Positions 9,735 through 18,833 of a DNA stretch of 64,000 nucleotides are shown here, piece by piece (position 1 is the first letter of the stretch; each line of letters opens with the position of its first letter). The position numbers and the translations under genes are program-made. The stretch covers positions 18,869-82,868 of the forward strand of contig DWVK01000055.1 in assembly GCA_019120245.1 (NCBI GenBank), in the 5' to 3' direction. Under the pieces are notes generated by a model that saw nothing but the letters and a program-made list of their open reading frames with translations, ran no database searches and was not told where the DNA came from. The DNA comes from Candidatus Mediterraneibacter caccogallinarum (GTDB lineage: Bacteria; Bacillota; Clostridia; Lachnospirales; Lachnospiraceae).

Positions 9735-10532
9735 ATGGGTATTACCGGAATTATTTTAGCTGCCGTGATAGTCGGCGGCACAGGACTTTTTATCGGCGTC
9801 TTCCTTGGAATTGCCGGGAAAAAATTTGCTGTGGAAACGGATGAGAGAGAGGATGCGATCCTCGAGGTGCTCCCCGGAAACAACTGCGGCGGATGCGGAT
9901 ATGCCGGGTGCTCCGGCCTTGCCGCGGCGATCGTGGCAGGCGAGGCAGAGGTCGGCGGCTGTCCCGTCGGCGGCGCTCCTGTCGCAGAGCAGATTGGAAA
10001 GATCATGGGCGTCGATGCCGGTGCGCAGGAGAGAAAGACCGCATTTGTAAAATGCGGAGGAACCTGTGAGAAGGCAAAGAATGAATATGAATACTATGGC
10101 ATCAAAGACTGTGTCATGGCAGCCCAGATGCAGGACGGAGGAGCAAAAGGATGTGCTTACGGCTGCCTCGGCTACGGCTCCTGTGTAAAGGCGTGTCCGT
10201 TTGATGCGATCCATATTGTGGACGGCATTGCGGTTGTGGACAGGGAAGCGTGCAAAGCATGCGGAAAATGTGTGTCCGTATGTCCGAAACATCTGATCGA
10301 GCTGATCCCGTACAAGCAGCAGACCTTTGTACAGTGCAGCTCGAATGAGAAGGGAAAAGCGCTGATGTCGGTGTGCGAAGTCGGCTGTATCGGATGCCGC
10401 CTGTGCGAAAAGAACTGCGAGGCAGGGGCGGTCACGGTCAACAATTTCCTGGCACATATCGATGCAGATAAATGCACCGGCTGCGGTGTGTGCGCGGAAA
10501 AGTGCCCGCGGAAGATCATAAAATGCATATAA
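9735..10532 (+). CDS. rnfB: Rnf complex subunit B (polyferredoxin)
   Basis: LPGNNCGGCGYAGC and several CxxCxxCxxxCP motifs; last gene of the rnfCDGEAB order. Confidence 0.96.
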   Translation: MGITGIILAAVIVGGTGLFIGVFLGIAGKKFAVETDEREDAILEVLPGNNCGGCGYAGCSGLAAAIVAGEAEVGGCPVGGAPVAEQIGKIMGVDAGAQERKTAFVKCGGTCEKAKNEYEYYGIKDCVMAAQMQDGGAKGCAYGCLGYGSCVKACPFDAIHIVDGIAVVDREACKACGKCVSVCPKHLIELIPYKQQTFVQCSSNEKGKALMSVCEVGCIGCRLCEKNCEAGAVTVNNFLAHIDADKCTGCGVCAEKCPRKIIKCI

Positions 10533-10533
10533 G

Positions 10534-10590
10534 AAAATCCGGAAAGCGGAGGAAATGTCTGTGTTCAGATACTTCCGCTTTCCGGATTTT
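10534..10590. terminator. Bidirectional terminator between rnfB and apbE
   Basis: Perfect 17-bp inverted repeat AAAATCCGGAAAGCGGA / TCCGCTTTCCGGATTTT between convergent genes. Confidence 0.85.
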
Positions 10591-10607
10591 TGTTTTCGGG
10601 CGCACTG

Positions 10608-11591
10608 TCAGTCCAGAGTCACGCCGGATGTTTCATGTATCTCATAATCATCCGTGACAAATACTGCCTCCACACCGCTCATGCTCTCGATCAGATCCAT
10701 CCCTTTCTCAAGTCCCAGCGCGTAGCAGGTGGTGCTGAGGGCATCGCCGTCAACGGAGCTGTCGGATATGATGGTGACCTGATACAGATCATTCTGGATC
10801 GGATAGCCGGTTCGGGGATCAAGGATATGGTGATAGATGGTTCCGTCTTTTTCAAAATACCGCTCATAATTGCCGGAAGTCACAACAGACTGATCAGTGA
10901 TCTCAAGAGCGGCGAGAACGGTCCCCGTCTGATCAAACGGTCTCTGCAGGCCGATCCTGAACGGCGTGCCGTCACAGCGGTCCCCAACGGCAAGCATATT
11001 TCCTCCCAGGTTGATAAGGGCATGCCAGATTCCTTCGCTTTTCAGATAATCCTTCAGCCGGTCGGCAATGTAGCCCTTGGCGATACCTCCCAGATCGATC
11101 TTCGCATCCGGATCGGTCAGTGTGACGGTGTTCCCATCCACCTTTACCTTCCGGTAGTCGATGTGGGTGACAGCTTCTGCCAGAGCAGCTGCGTCGGGGA
11201 TGCTCTTATCCTCGTTGTCCGTAAAGTTCCAGAGGCTGCTGGCGGAGGCGATGGTAATATCAAACATACCTCCGGAGATATCACCGTATTCAAGACCGGC
11301 TTTTATCAGATCCGCGGTTTCCTCCGAGACCTCCGTCGGTGTTCCTGCCGCACGGTTGATGGCAGAGACCTCACTGTCCTCGATCGTCGGGCTCAGCATC
11401 TGTTCATAATGCGCACAGATCTCATCGCAGTGGTCAAGGATATCCTGATCTCCGCCCCAGACCTGTACTTCCACAACTGTATCGAAGTAAACTCCTGTCA
11501 TTGTCAGAGGCTCTGACCGGGGCGGGGACGAACAGCCGGCAGCGGCCAGCGCAATGGATACTGCGGTAAAAAGTGCTGCGGTACGTTTCAT
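10608..11591 (-). CDS. apbE: FAD:protein FMN transferase (ApbE) lipoprotein
   Basis: Lipobox LAAAGC, IDLGGIAKGY, LINLGGN, VVTSGNYERYF, HHILDPRTGYP, DGDALST. Confidence 0.95.
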   Translation of the reverse strand: MKRTAALFTAVSIALAAAGCSSPPRSEPLTMTGVYFDTVVEVQVWGGDQDILDHCDEICAHYEQMLSPTIEDSEVSAINRAAGTPTEVSEETADLIKAGLEYGDISGGMFDITIASASSLWNFTDNEDKSIPDAAALAEAVTHIDYRKVKVDGNTVTLTDPDAKIDLGGIAKGYIADRLKDYLKSEGIWHALINLGGNMLAVGDRCDGTPFRIGLQRPFDQTGTVLAALEITDQSVVTSGNYERYFEKDGTIYHHILDPRTGYPIQNDLYQVTIISDSSVDGDALSTTCYALGLEKGMDLIESMSGVEAVFVTDDYEIHETSGVTLD

Positions 11592-11624
11592 TTTCTGTCT
11601 CCTTCTTCTTTTCTGCACTCTGCT

Positions 11625-11705
11625 ATTATATCGGTTTTCCGGGAAATGCACAACGGGAAAAGAATCGAACGTGTGGTTGCATATTGCAGGAGGCTGTGCT
11701 ATGAT
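11625..11705. promoter_or_regulatory. Divergent sigma-A promoters for apbE (-) and nusG-II/gx (+)
   Basis: Minus strand TTGTGC-17-TATAAT (11653-11625); plus strand TTGCAT-17-TATGAT with TGn extension (11677-11705). Confidence 0.6.
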
Positions 11706-11727
11706 ATTGGACGAAAGAGGTATTGAA

Positions 11728-12084
11728 ATGAAGAAAAACGACTGGATTCTTGGGGGCGGGATCGTTCTGGCTGCCGGCATGATTCTCCTTTTTCAGCTGC
11801 TGAGGGACAGCGGCGGAGCAAAAGAGGTGACTATATCTGTAGATGGAGATGTGTTCGGCACCTACAGCCTTGAGGAAGATCAGACGGTGGAGATCGGCGG
11901 CACCAACCGGCTCGTCATCGAGGATGGAACAGCCCGGATGGAATGGGCTGACTGTCCGGATCAGATCTGCGTGAACCACAGACCTGTCTCCAGGAATGGC
12001 GAGAGCATCATCTGCCTGCCGAATGAGGTGGTCGTCTCGGTCAAAGGCGGAGAAGAGGTGGAGCTGGACGGAGTTGTTCAGTAG
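11728..12084 (+). CDS. NusG domain II-containing protein (DUF1312)
   Basis: N-terminal TM helix, then ADCPDQICVNH...ESIICLPNEVVV signature. Confidence 0.9.
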   Translation: MKKNDWILGGGIVLAAGMILLFQLLRDSGGAKEVTISVDGDVFGTYSLEEDQTVEIGGTNRLVIEDGTARMEWADCPDQICVNHRPVSRNGESIICLPNEVVVSVKGGEEVELDGVVQ

Positions 12085-12120
12085 CCAATAGATTCAGCAG
12101 AAGAGAGGACGACGGATAAA

Positions 12121-12615
12121 TTGAGAAACAGAGCGGCGTATTTTGGTGTATTTACTGCATTGGCCCTGATCCTCAGCTATGTGGAGATGCTGATCCCCGT
12201 GAATTTTGGGATTCAGGGAGCAAAGCTGGGACTGGCAAATCTGGTGATCGTTATCGTGCTGTACAAAACGGACTGGAAGGAAGCACTGCTTTTGTCCGCA
12301 GTGAGGATCCTTCTGTCCGGTTTTATTTTTGGGAACCTGTTCGGCATCCTGTACAGTCTGTCGGGCGGTGTCCTGAGCCTTGTACTGATGGCCCTGCTGA
12401 AAAAGAGTGACAGGTTCAGCGTTGTGGGCGTGAGCATAGCCGGAGGGGTGAGCCACAATATCGGACAGCTCTGCACAGCGATGCTCGTCGTCGAGACATA
12501 CCAGGTGGGGTATTATCTTCCGGCGCTTCTCGCCGCGGGCGCCCTGACAGGATTTCTCATCGGGATCATCTCGCAGGGAGTCCTGAGAAGGCTCCGGGGA
12601 TTCCGGTTTGTTTAA
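12121..12615 (+). CDS. Gx transporter family membrane protein (heptaprenyl diphosphate synthase component I-like / ECF S-component-like)
   Basis: GAKLGLAN, SLSGGVLS, VSIAGGVSHNIGQL; TTG start. Confidence 0.88.
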   Translation: MRNRAAYFGVFTALALILSYVEMLIPVNFGIQGAKLGLANLVIVIVLYKTDWKEALLLSAVRILLSGFIFGNLFGILYSLSGGVLSLVLMALLKKSDRFSVVGVSIAGGVSHNIGQLCTAMLVVETYQVGYYLPALLAAGALTGFLIGIISQGVLRRLRGFRFV

Positions 12616-12634
12616 GAACAGAAAGAGGTAGACC

Positions 12635-13249
12635 ATGATTTCATACGTAAGGGGAGAACTGGCGGCAGTGGGAGCAGACAAGGCAGTTGTGGATGTGGGC
12701 GGCATCGGGTATGCCGTGTTCATGCCGCAGCAGTCATTGGCGCTTCTGCCGCCGGCTGGAAGTGAAGTGAAGATTCATACATATCTCAATGTAAGAGAGG
12801 ATGCAGTGCAGTTATTCGGTTTTTTGACCCGGGATGACCTGGAGATCTTCCGGCTCGTGATCGGAGTCAGCGGAATCGGACCAAAGGGGGGACTGAATAT
12901 TCTGTCCTGTCTTTCTCCGGATGAACTGCGGTTCGCAGTCATGTCGGGAGATGTCAAGGCGATCTCCGCCGCCCCGGGGATCGGCAGGAAGACGGCGGAG
13001 AAACTGATCGTTGAGCTGAAGGATAAGCTGAAGATAGAGGATCTGCTGGACCACGCGGCGCATGGCGGTGACGGACCGGATGTGGTATCCGGAGGGGCGT
13101 CGGACAGCGGTATGCAGGCGGAAGCCGTGCAGGCTCTTGTGGCGCTGGGATATGGAAGCGCAGAGAGTATGCGGGCCGTGAAGAAGACCTCGACGGAGTG
13201 CACTACGGTGGAGGATATCCTGAAAGAAGCTTTGAAGTTTCTGTTTTAA
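12635..13249 (+). CDS. ruvA: Holliday junction branch migration protein RuvA
   Basis: VREDAVQLFGF, VSGIGPK, PGIGRKTAEKL, ALVALGY. Confidence 0.97.
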   Translation: MISYVRGELAAVGADKAVVDVGGIGYAVFMPQQSLALLPPAGSEVKIHTYLNVREDAVQLFGFLTRDDLEIFRLVIGVSGIGPKGGLNILSCLSPDELRFAVMSGDVKAISAAPGIGRKTAEKLIVELKDKLKIEDLLDHAAHGGDGPDVVSGGASDSGMQAEAVQALVALGYGSAESMRAVKKTSTECTTVEDILKEALKFLF

Positions 13250-13281
13250 TACGCATATGGCAGACAGATCAGAGGTAGAAC

Positions 13282-14289
13282 ATGAAGAAACGAATCATAA
13301 CAACAGAAAACCTGGAAGAGGATATTAAGATAGAAGGACAGCTGCGGCCGCAGTATCTGGAAGACTATATCGGACAGGCGAAGGCGAAGGAGACGCTGAA
13401 GATCTATATCGAGGCAGCGAAGGCTAGGGGAGAGGCGCTGGACCATGTACTTTTCTACGGACCGCCGGGGCTTGGAAAAACGACATTGGCGGGAATCATC
13501 GCGAATGAAATGGGCGTCAATCTGAAAGTGACTTCCGGTCCGGCCATCGAGAAGCCGGGCGAGATCGCTGCCATACTGAACAGCCTTCAGGAGAATGATG
13601 TCCTGTTCGTGGATGAGATCCACCGCCTGAACCGGCAGATTGAGGAGGTTCTGTATCCCGCAATGGAAGACTATGCCATTGATATTATGATCGGGAAAGG
13701 CGCCAGTGCCAGGTCCATCCGCCTGAATCTCCCGAAGTTTACTCTTGTGGGAGCAACGACAAGAGCGGGGATGCTCACTGCGCCGCTGCGCGACCGTTTC
13801 GGAGTGGTGAGCCGGCTGGAGTTTTATACGGATGAGGAGCTTAAGACGATCATCCAGCGCTCAGCCAGTGTGCTCCATGTGGAGATCGAGGAAGAGGGTG
13901 CTCTGGAACTGGCCAGACGGTCCAGAGGCACGCCGCGTCTTGCGAACAGACTGCTCAAGCGGGTCAGAGATTTTGCACAGGTCAAGTACGACGGAAGGAT
14001 CACGAGAAAGGTGGCGGATTATGCCCTTGACCTTCTGGATGTGGACAAGTACGGGCTGGATCATATTGACCGCAGCATCCTTCTGACGATGATCGAGAAG
14101 TTTCAGGGCGGCCCGGTGGGGCTGGATACACTTGCAGCGGCGATCTCGGAGGATGCGGGCACACTGGAGGACGTCTACGAACCCTATCTGCTGAAGAACG
14201 GGTTTATCCAGCGCACGCCCCGCGGGCGTGTTGTGACGGAGCTTGCCTACACCCATCTGGGGATTCCTTCTCCGCTCGAAGAAGGATGA
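13282..14289 (+). CDS. ruvB: Holliday junction branch migration helicase RuvB
   Basis: [26 protein letters not shown]. Confidence 0.98.
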   Translation: MKKRIITTENLEEDIKIEGQLRPQYLEDYIGQAKAKETLKIYIEAAKARGEALDHVLFYGPPGLGKTTLAGIIANEMGVNLKVTSGPAIEKPGEIAAILNSLQENDVLFVDEIHRLNRQIEEVLYPAMEDYAIDIMIGKGASARSIRLNLPKFTLVGATTRAGMLTAPLRDRFGVVSRLEFYTDEELKTIIQRSASVLHVEIEEEGALELARRSRGTPRLANRLLKRVRDFAQVKYDGRITRKVADYALDLLDVDKYGLDHIDRSILLTMIEKFQGGPVGLDTLAAAISEDAGTLEDVYEPYLLKNGFIQRTPRGRVVTELAYTHLGIPSPLEEG

Positions 14290-14425
14290 AACCGTGAGAA
14301 AGATTCCGGCGGCGGGATTGCAGCAGTTCAGCCCGCTGCCCTGGATTTCCCATTTATTGAAAAAACAGTTGGTTTTTGCTGGTAAATAGTTTATAATAGC
14401 TTTTAAGAAACGCAAGGAGGATGCT

Positions 14426-14836
14426 ATGAGTTCAGCAAAACATTTTACGGAAGTATTAATCGGGGGCAAGGTATATACCCTCAGCGGCTTTGAAGGTGAA
14501 GAATATCTTCAGAAAGTGTCTTCCTATCTGAACCATAAGATAACAGAGTGTGCGAACAGCGAGGGGTACAGAAAGCAGAGCGCGGATACAAGGAATGTGC
14601 TTCTTGCGCTGAATATCGCAGATGACTATTTTAAGGCGAAGAAGCAGGGAGATTCCCTTGAGAACGATATTGAACTGAAAGACAAGGAAATGTATGATCT
14701 GAAGCATGAACTGATCTCCGCACAGATCAAGCTGGAGAACGCGGAGAAGGAACTTGCAAAGATGAAGGAAGAGAACAACGATCTTCAGATGCAGATCGTA
14801 AAACTGGAAACAGAGATGAAAAACCGGAGAAGGTAG
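14426..14836 (+). CDS. zapA: Cell division protein ZapA
   Basis: VLIGGKVYTLSG...VLLALNIADDY followed by a coiled coil. Confidence 0.85.
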   Translation: MSSAKHFTEVLIGGKVYTLSGFEGEEYLQKVSSYLNHKITECANSEGYRKQSADTRNVLLALNIADDYFKAKKQGDSLENDIELKDKEMYDLKHELISAQIKLENAEKELAKMKEENNDLQMQIVKLETEMKNRRR

Positions 14837-14842
14837 TGATGG

Positions 14843-14874
14843 ATAGGCTGTCAGAAACGACAGCCTATTTCATT
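14843..14874 (+). terminator. Terminator after zapA
   Basis: ATAGGCTGTC-AGAAAC-GACAGCCTAT hairpin then TTCATT. Confidence 0.7.
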
Positions 14875-14923
14875 AACGGGGAATCGGACGATAAAACGGA
14901 AGCGGTGAGGAAAGGTCGAAGAG

Positions 14924-17344
14924 ATGACGGAAAATACAGATAACAGAAAAATGAACAGGCAGATCGAAATACTTGCGCCGGCAGGCTCCTATGACTGCTT
15001 CAGGGCGGCAGTCTGCGCCGGCGCGGATGCTGTCTATGCGGGCGGTCCCCGGTTCGGAGCACGCGCTTATGCGGATAATTTTACAGAGGAGGAGCTGCTG
15101 TGTGCGGTAAAAGAAGCGCATCTTCACGGCTGCCGATTCTATCTGACGGTAAATACGCTGCTGAAGGATGAAGAGATCGATACACTGTATGATTATCTGG
15201 CTCCCCTCTATGAGGCAGGGCTGGATGCAGTCATCGTACAGGATATCGGCGTGTTCGAAGCGGTCAGGAAGTGGTTCCCGGAGATGGATATCCACGCAAG
15301 CACGCAGATGACGGCGGCAAATGTGTACGGTGCAAGATTCCTTGAAAAGAACGGGGCGAGGAGGATCGTTCCGGCAAGAGAGCTGTCACTGGAGGAGATA
15401 AGAAGCATCAGAGAGGGGACCGGCCTGGAGATTGAATGTTTTGTCCATGGAGCGCTGTGCTACTGTTATTCCGGACAGTGCCTCCTGAGCAGCCTCCTGG
15501 GCGGAAGAAGTGGAAACCGGGGACAGTGCGCGCAGCCCTGCCGCCTTCCCTACACAGTGGCCGGAAAGAAGCAGTATTTTCTGAGCCTGAAGGATATATG
15601 CACCCTGGAGCTGATCCCGGAGCTTGTGGAAGCCGGCATCGATTCTTTTAAGATCGAGGGGAGGATGAAGAGTCCTGAGTATGTGGCGGCAGTTACCGCA
15701 ATGTACAGAAAATATACAGATCTGTATCTGAACAGAGGAAAGAAGCAGTTCTCTGTCCGTCCGGAAGACAGGGAGATGCTTATGGATCTGTACAACAGAG
15801 GCGGAGCGCATACAGGATATTACCAGCGGCATAATGGAAGAGAAATGCTTGCCCTGGACCGTCCGAACCACGCTGGGGTGAACGCAGTGAGAGTGACGGA
15901 GCAGCGGGGAAGAGAAGTCCGTGGAACCGCACTCACAGAACTGCATAAGGGAGATGTCCTGCAGACCGGGAAAGGAAAGGAAAACCATACTCTGGGCAGC
16001 CCGGTAGGAAAGGGAGGCACGGTCACTTTTCTTGTGCCGAAGGGATCCCGTTTCAGGACTGGAACTATTGTGCGCAGGATCCGGAATGAGCAGCTTATCA
16101 GGAAGCTGGATGAAACCTATGTCTTTGCGGACAGGAAGGAGCAGATCAGCGGAAAACTCGTGCTGTCTCTGCACCGCCCTGCAGTGCTGACCGTGAGCTG
16201 CAGAGGCGTTTCTTTTACTGCAGAGACGGAGGAGCGCGTAGAGGCTGCTCAGAAGCGGCCCCTGGATGAAGAGGAAGTGCGCAGCCGCATGAAGAAGACC
16301 GGCAATTCTCCATTCTGTTTTGAAGAGCTGGAGCTTGTGGTGGACCGGCAGGTTTTCCTTCCGGTTCAGCAGCTGAACACTCTGAGAAGAGAGGCTCTCG
16401 CAGGACTGGAAGAAGCCATTGCGGAAGAGTTCAGGCGCGGGCCGGGAAAAAAAGAGGAGGAACCCTGTGCGGAACAAGAAAGGAAGACAGCGGCGGGCCG
16501 GGAAGGTGCTGCGCCGTTTTCCGTGCTGACAGAGACAGAGGAGCAGCTCAGAGCTGTTGCAGAGTGGATCGGAAGAAAGCGCGGCGCAGTCCAGAGGATC
16601 TATGCGGAGTGCGGTATGAGAGCGGATTTCTTCCGAAACCAGGGCGTCAGGGAGTTCTTTGAAAAACTGCGGGAGAGCGGTGTGGGAGTATTCCCTGCGA
16701 TGCCTCATATTTTCCGTCAGAATGCCGCGGATCAATATGAGCGCGAGTTCGGATGGATCCAAAGCTTCCCCATGGATGGCATCCTGGTGAGAAATTATGA
16801 TACGATCCAGTTCCTGAGAGAACATGGATTTGACAAACCGGTGATCTTGGACCATAATCTATATGTATTTAACCGGTATGGAAAAAGATTCTGGCGGGAA
16901 GACGGTACAGCTGAATTCACTGCTCCGCTGGAACTTAACGAAGGCGAACTTTCGAGGCTCGGGATCTCCGATGCCGAGCTGATCGTATACGGACATATCC
17001 CGGTCATGCTCTCGGCCCAGTGCCTTGTCAATACGGCTTCCGGATGTACGGGAAAGCCCGGGATCACGTTCCTGACTGACCGGTATAAAAAGAAATTTCC
17101 GGTAAGGAACTGCTGCAGGTTCTGCTATAACATTATCTATAACTCCGAGCCTCTGTATCTGGGCGCCCAGGCGGAGAAGATCAGAGCTCTGTGCCCGAAG
17201 CGGCTGAGGCTGCAGTTCAGTACAGAGAGCGGGAGGGAGACATCAGAGATCCTGGAGCTGGCAGATCGCGCTTTCGCGTCATCCGGAGAAATTGTCCCGG
17301 ATTTTTCTTATACTCAGGGGCATTTTAAAAGAGGAATAATATAA
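14924..17344 (+). CDS. U32 family protein with DUF3656 (RlhA-like putative Fe-S RNA hydroxylase)
   Basis: EILAPAGS, GADAVY, IHASTQM, HGALCYCYSGQC...NRGQCAQPCR, FKIEGRMKS; long C-terminal region. Start could be 14951. Confidence 0.88.
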   Translation: MTENTDNRKMNRQIEILAPAGSYDCFRAAVCAGADAVYAGGPRFGARAYADNFTEEELLCAVKEAHLHGCRFYLTVNTLLKDEEIDTLYDYLAPLYEAGLDAVIVQDIGVFEAVRKWFPEMDIHASTQMTAANVYGARFLEKNGARRIVPARELSLEEIRSIREGTGLEIECFVHGALCYCYSGQCLLSSLLGGRSGNRGQCAQPCRLPYTVAGKKQYFLSLKDICTLELIPELVEAGIDSFKIEGRMKSPEYVAAVTAMYRKYTDLYLNRGKKQFSVRPEDREMLMDLYNRGGAHTGYYQRHNGREMLALDRPNHAGVNAVRVTEQRGREVRGTALTELHKGDVLQTGKGKENHTLGSPVGKGGTVTFLVPKGSRFRTGTIVRRIRNEQLIRKLDETYVFADRKEQISGKLVLSLHRPAVLTVSCRGVSFTAETEERVEAAQKRPLDEEEVRSRMKKTGNSPFCFEELELVVDRQVFLPVQQLNTLRREALAGLEEAIAEEFRRGPGKKEEEPCAEQERKTAAGREGAAPFSVLTETEEQLRAVAEWIGRKRGAVQRIYAECGMRADFFRNQGVREFFEKLRESGVGVFPAMPHIFRQNAADQYEREFGWIQSFPMDGILVRNYDTIQFLREHGFDKPVILDHNLYVFNRYGKRFWREDGTAEFTAPLELNEGELSRLGISDAELIVYGHIPVMLSAQCLVNTASGCTGKPGITFLTDRYKKKFPVRNCCRFCYNIIYNSEPLYLGAQAEKIRALCPKRLRLQFSTESGRETSEILELADRAFASSGEIVPDFSYTQGHFKRGII

Positions 17345-17357
17345 AGCAGGTGAAAAA

Positions 17358-18833
17358 GTGGTCAACATAATTATTCAGATATCAAAATACCTAATCATTA
17401 TCCTTATGGCGGCTTATACGTTTTCCTGTTTCTCTATCTTTACACAGAGTTACGAGGATGAAGAAAAGCGGACGCTGATCGTGCAGGATGTGCTGATGTT
17501 CCTGCTGCAGCTTACGGCATTCACGGCAATGTACCTGGCTACGGATGACATCAGAGTCCTGTTCATCTATGCGGCGCTGGCAGTTGTCCTGCTGGCGGTG
17601 ATCCTTCTGTACAATCTGATCTATCCGAATGTCTCCAGGCTTGTTGTGAACAATATGTGCATGCTGATCACAGCCGGCATGATCATGATCACAAGGCTGT
17701 CTTCGGATAATCCGACTCCCTATGGGAGCTCGGTGAGGCAGCTTGTCTTTATCATTGTAGGGATCATATTCGGCCTTGTCGTTCCTGTACTGATCCGTAA
17801 GCTGACATTCCTTGATCAGTGGACTTACGTCTATGCGGGAGTGGGCGGGGCGGCGCTTCTGGCGGTCGCACTGTTTGCGGGAAGATCCGGCGGAGCGAAA
17901 CTGAGTTTTGATCTTGGACCGGTCAATATACAGCCGTCAGAATTTGTAAAGATCCTGTTTGTTTTCTTCGTTGCCGCAAGTCTGAAGAAATCAACGGAGT
18001 TCAAGAACGTAGTCGTCACTACTGCGATCGCGGCGGCTCATGTGCTCATTCTTGTGGTTTCTACAGATTTGGGAGCCGCCCTGATCTTTTTTATAGTGTA
18101 TCTTATCATGCTGTACGTGGCGACGCGCCAGCCTCTGTATGCGCTCGCGGGCATTGCGGCGGGATGCGGGGCTGCCGTGGTCGGATATCATCTGTTTTCG
18201 CATATACAGGTCAGGGTAGAAGCGTGGCAGGATCCTTTTGCCGCTTACAGCGAAGGCGGATATCAGATCGCACAGTCGCTTTTTGCGATCGGGAGCGGAA
18301 GCTGGTTCGGAACGGGCCTGTTCCAGGGACAGCCTGATACGATCCCTGTAGCGGAGACAGACCTTATCTTCTCGGCGGTCACGGAAGAGATGGGTGTGAT
18401 CTTCTCATTGTGCCTGATCCTGATCTGCGTGAGCTGTTATGTGATGTTCCTGAATATTGCGATGGAGCTGAAAAATCAATTCTATAAGCTGGTGGCCCTG
18501 GGACTCGGGACATGCTATGTGTTCCAGGTGTTCCTGCAGATCGGCGGCGTGACGAAGTTTATCCCTCTGACCGGACTTACCCTTCCGCTTGTGAGCTACG
18601 GCGGAAGTTCCATGCTCAGTACAATGATCATGTTCGGCATCATCCAGGGATTGTATATCCTCCGGGAGGATGAAGAGGCGGAGATAGAGAAAAAGAAAGA
18701 AAGGGAGTTAAGAGATGGATCGGGAAAGACGACCAGACAGAACAAGGCAAAGAGCAGACCGAGATTCGAGGAAGTCCCGAAACAGAGGACGCGTCAAAAG
18801 CAAAGAGCGCGCACAAAACAAAGAGTTCGCTAG
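17358..18833 (+). CDS. FtsW/RodA/SpoVE family SEDS glycosyltransferase
   Basis: IQPSEFVKI, DLGAAL, GYQIAQSL, TDLIFS, TGLTLPLVSYGGSS. Confidence 0.95.
   Translation: MVNIIIQISKYLIIILMAAYTFSCFSIFTQSYEDEEKRTLIVQDVLMFLLQLTAFTAMYLATDDIRVLFIYAALAVVLLAVILLYNLIYPNVSRLVVNNMCMLITAGMIMITRLSSDNPTPYGSSVRQLVFIIVGIIFGLVVPVLIRKLTFLDQWTYVYAGVGGAALLAVALFAGRSGGAKLSFDLGPVNIQPSEFVKILFVFFVAASLKKSTEFKNVVVTTAIAAAHVLILVVSTDLGAALIFFIVYLIMLYVATRQPLYALAGIAAGCGAAVVGYHLFSHIQVRVEAWQDPFAAYSEGGYQIAQSLFAIGSGSWFGTGLFQGQPDTIPVAETDLIFSAVTEEMGVIFSLCLILICVSCYVMFLNIAMELKNQFYKLVALGLGTCYVFQVFLQIGGVTKFIPLTGLTLPLVSYGGSSMLSTMIMFGIIQGLYILREDEEAEIEKKKERELRDGSGKTTRQNKAKSRPRFEEVPKQRTRQKQRARTKQRVR

Noticed and set aside
10590-11516. 308-aa plus-strand ORF after rnfB
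   Set aside because: Antisense to apbE, which has all family motifs; it also starts inside the terminator
11728-12084. A true NusG transcription factor
   Set aside because: No NGN or KOW domain; it has a TM anchor and only the domain II-like fold
15386-16855. 489-aa minus-strand ORF
   Set aside because: Shadow of the U32 gene; typical antisense composition
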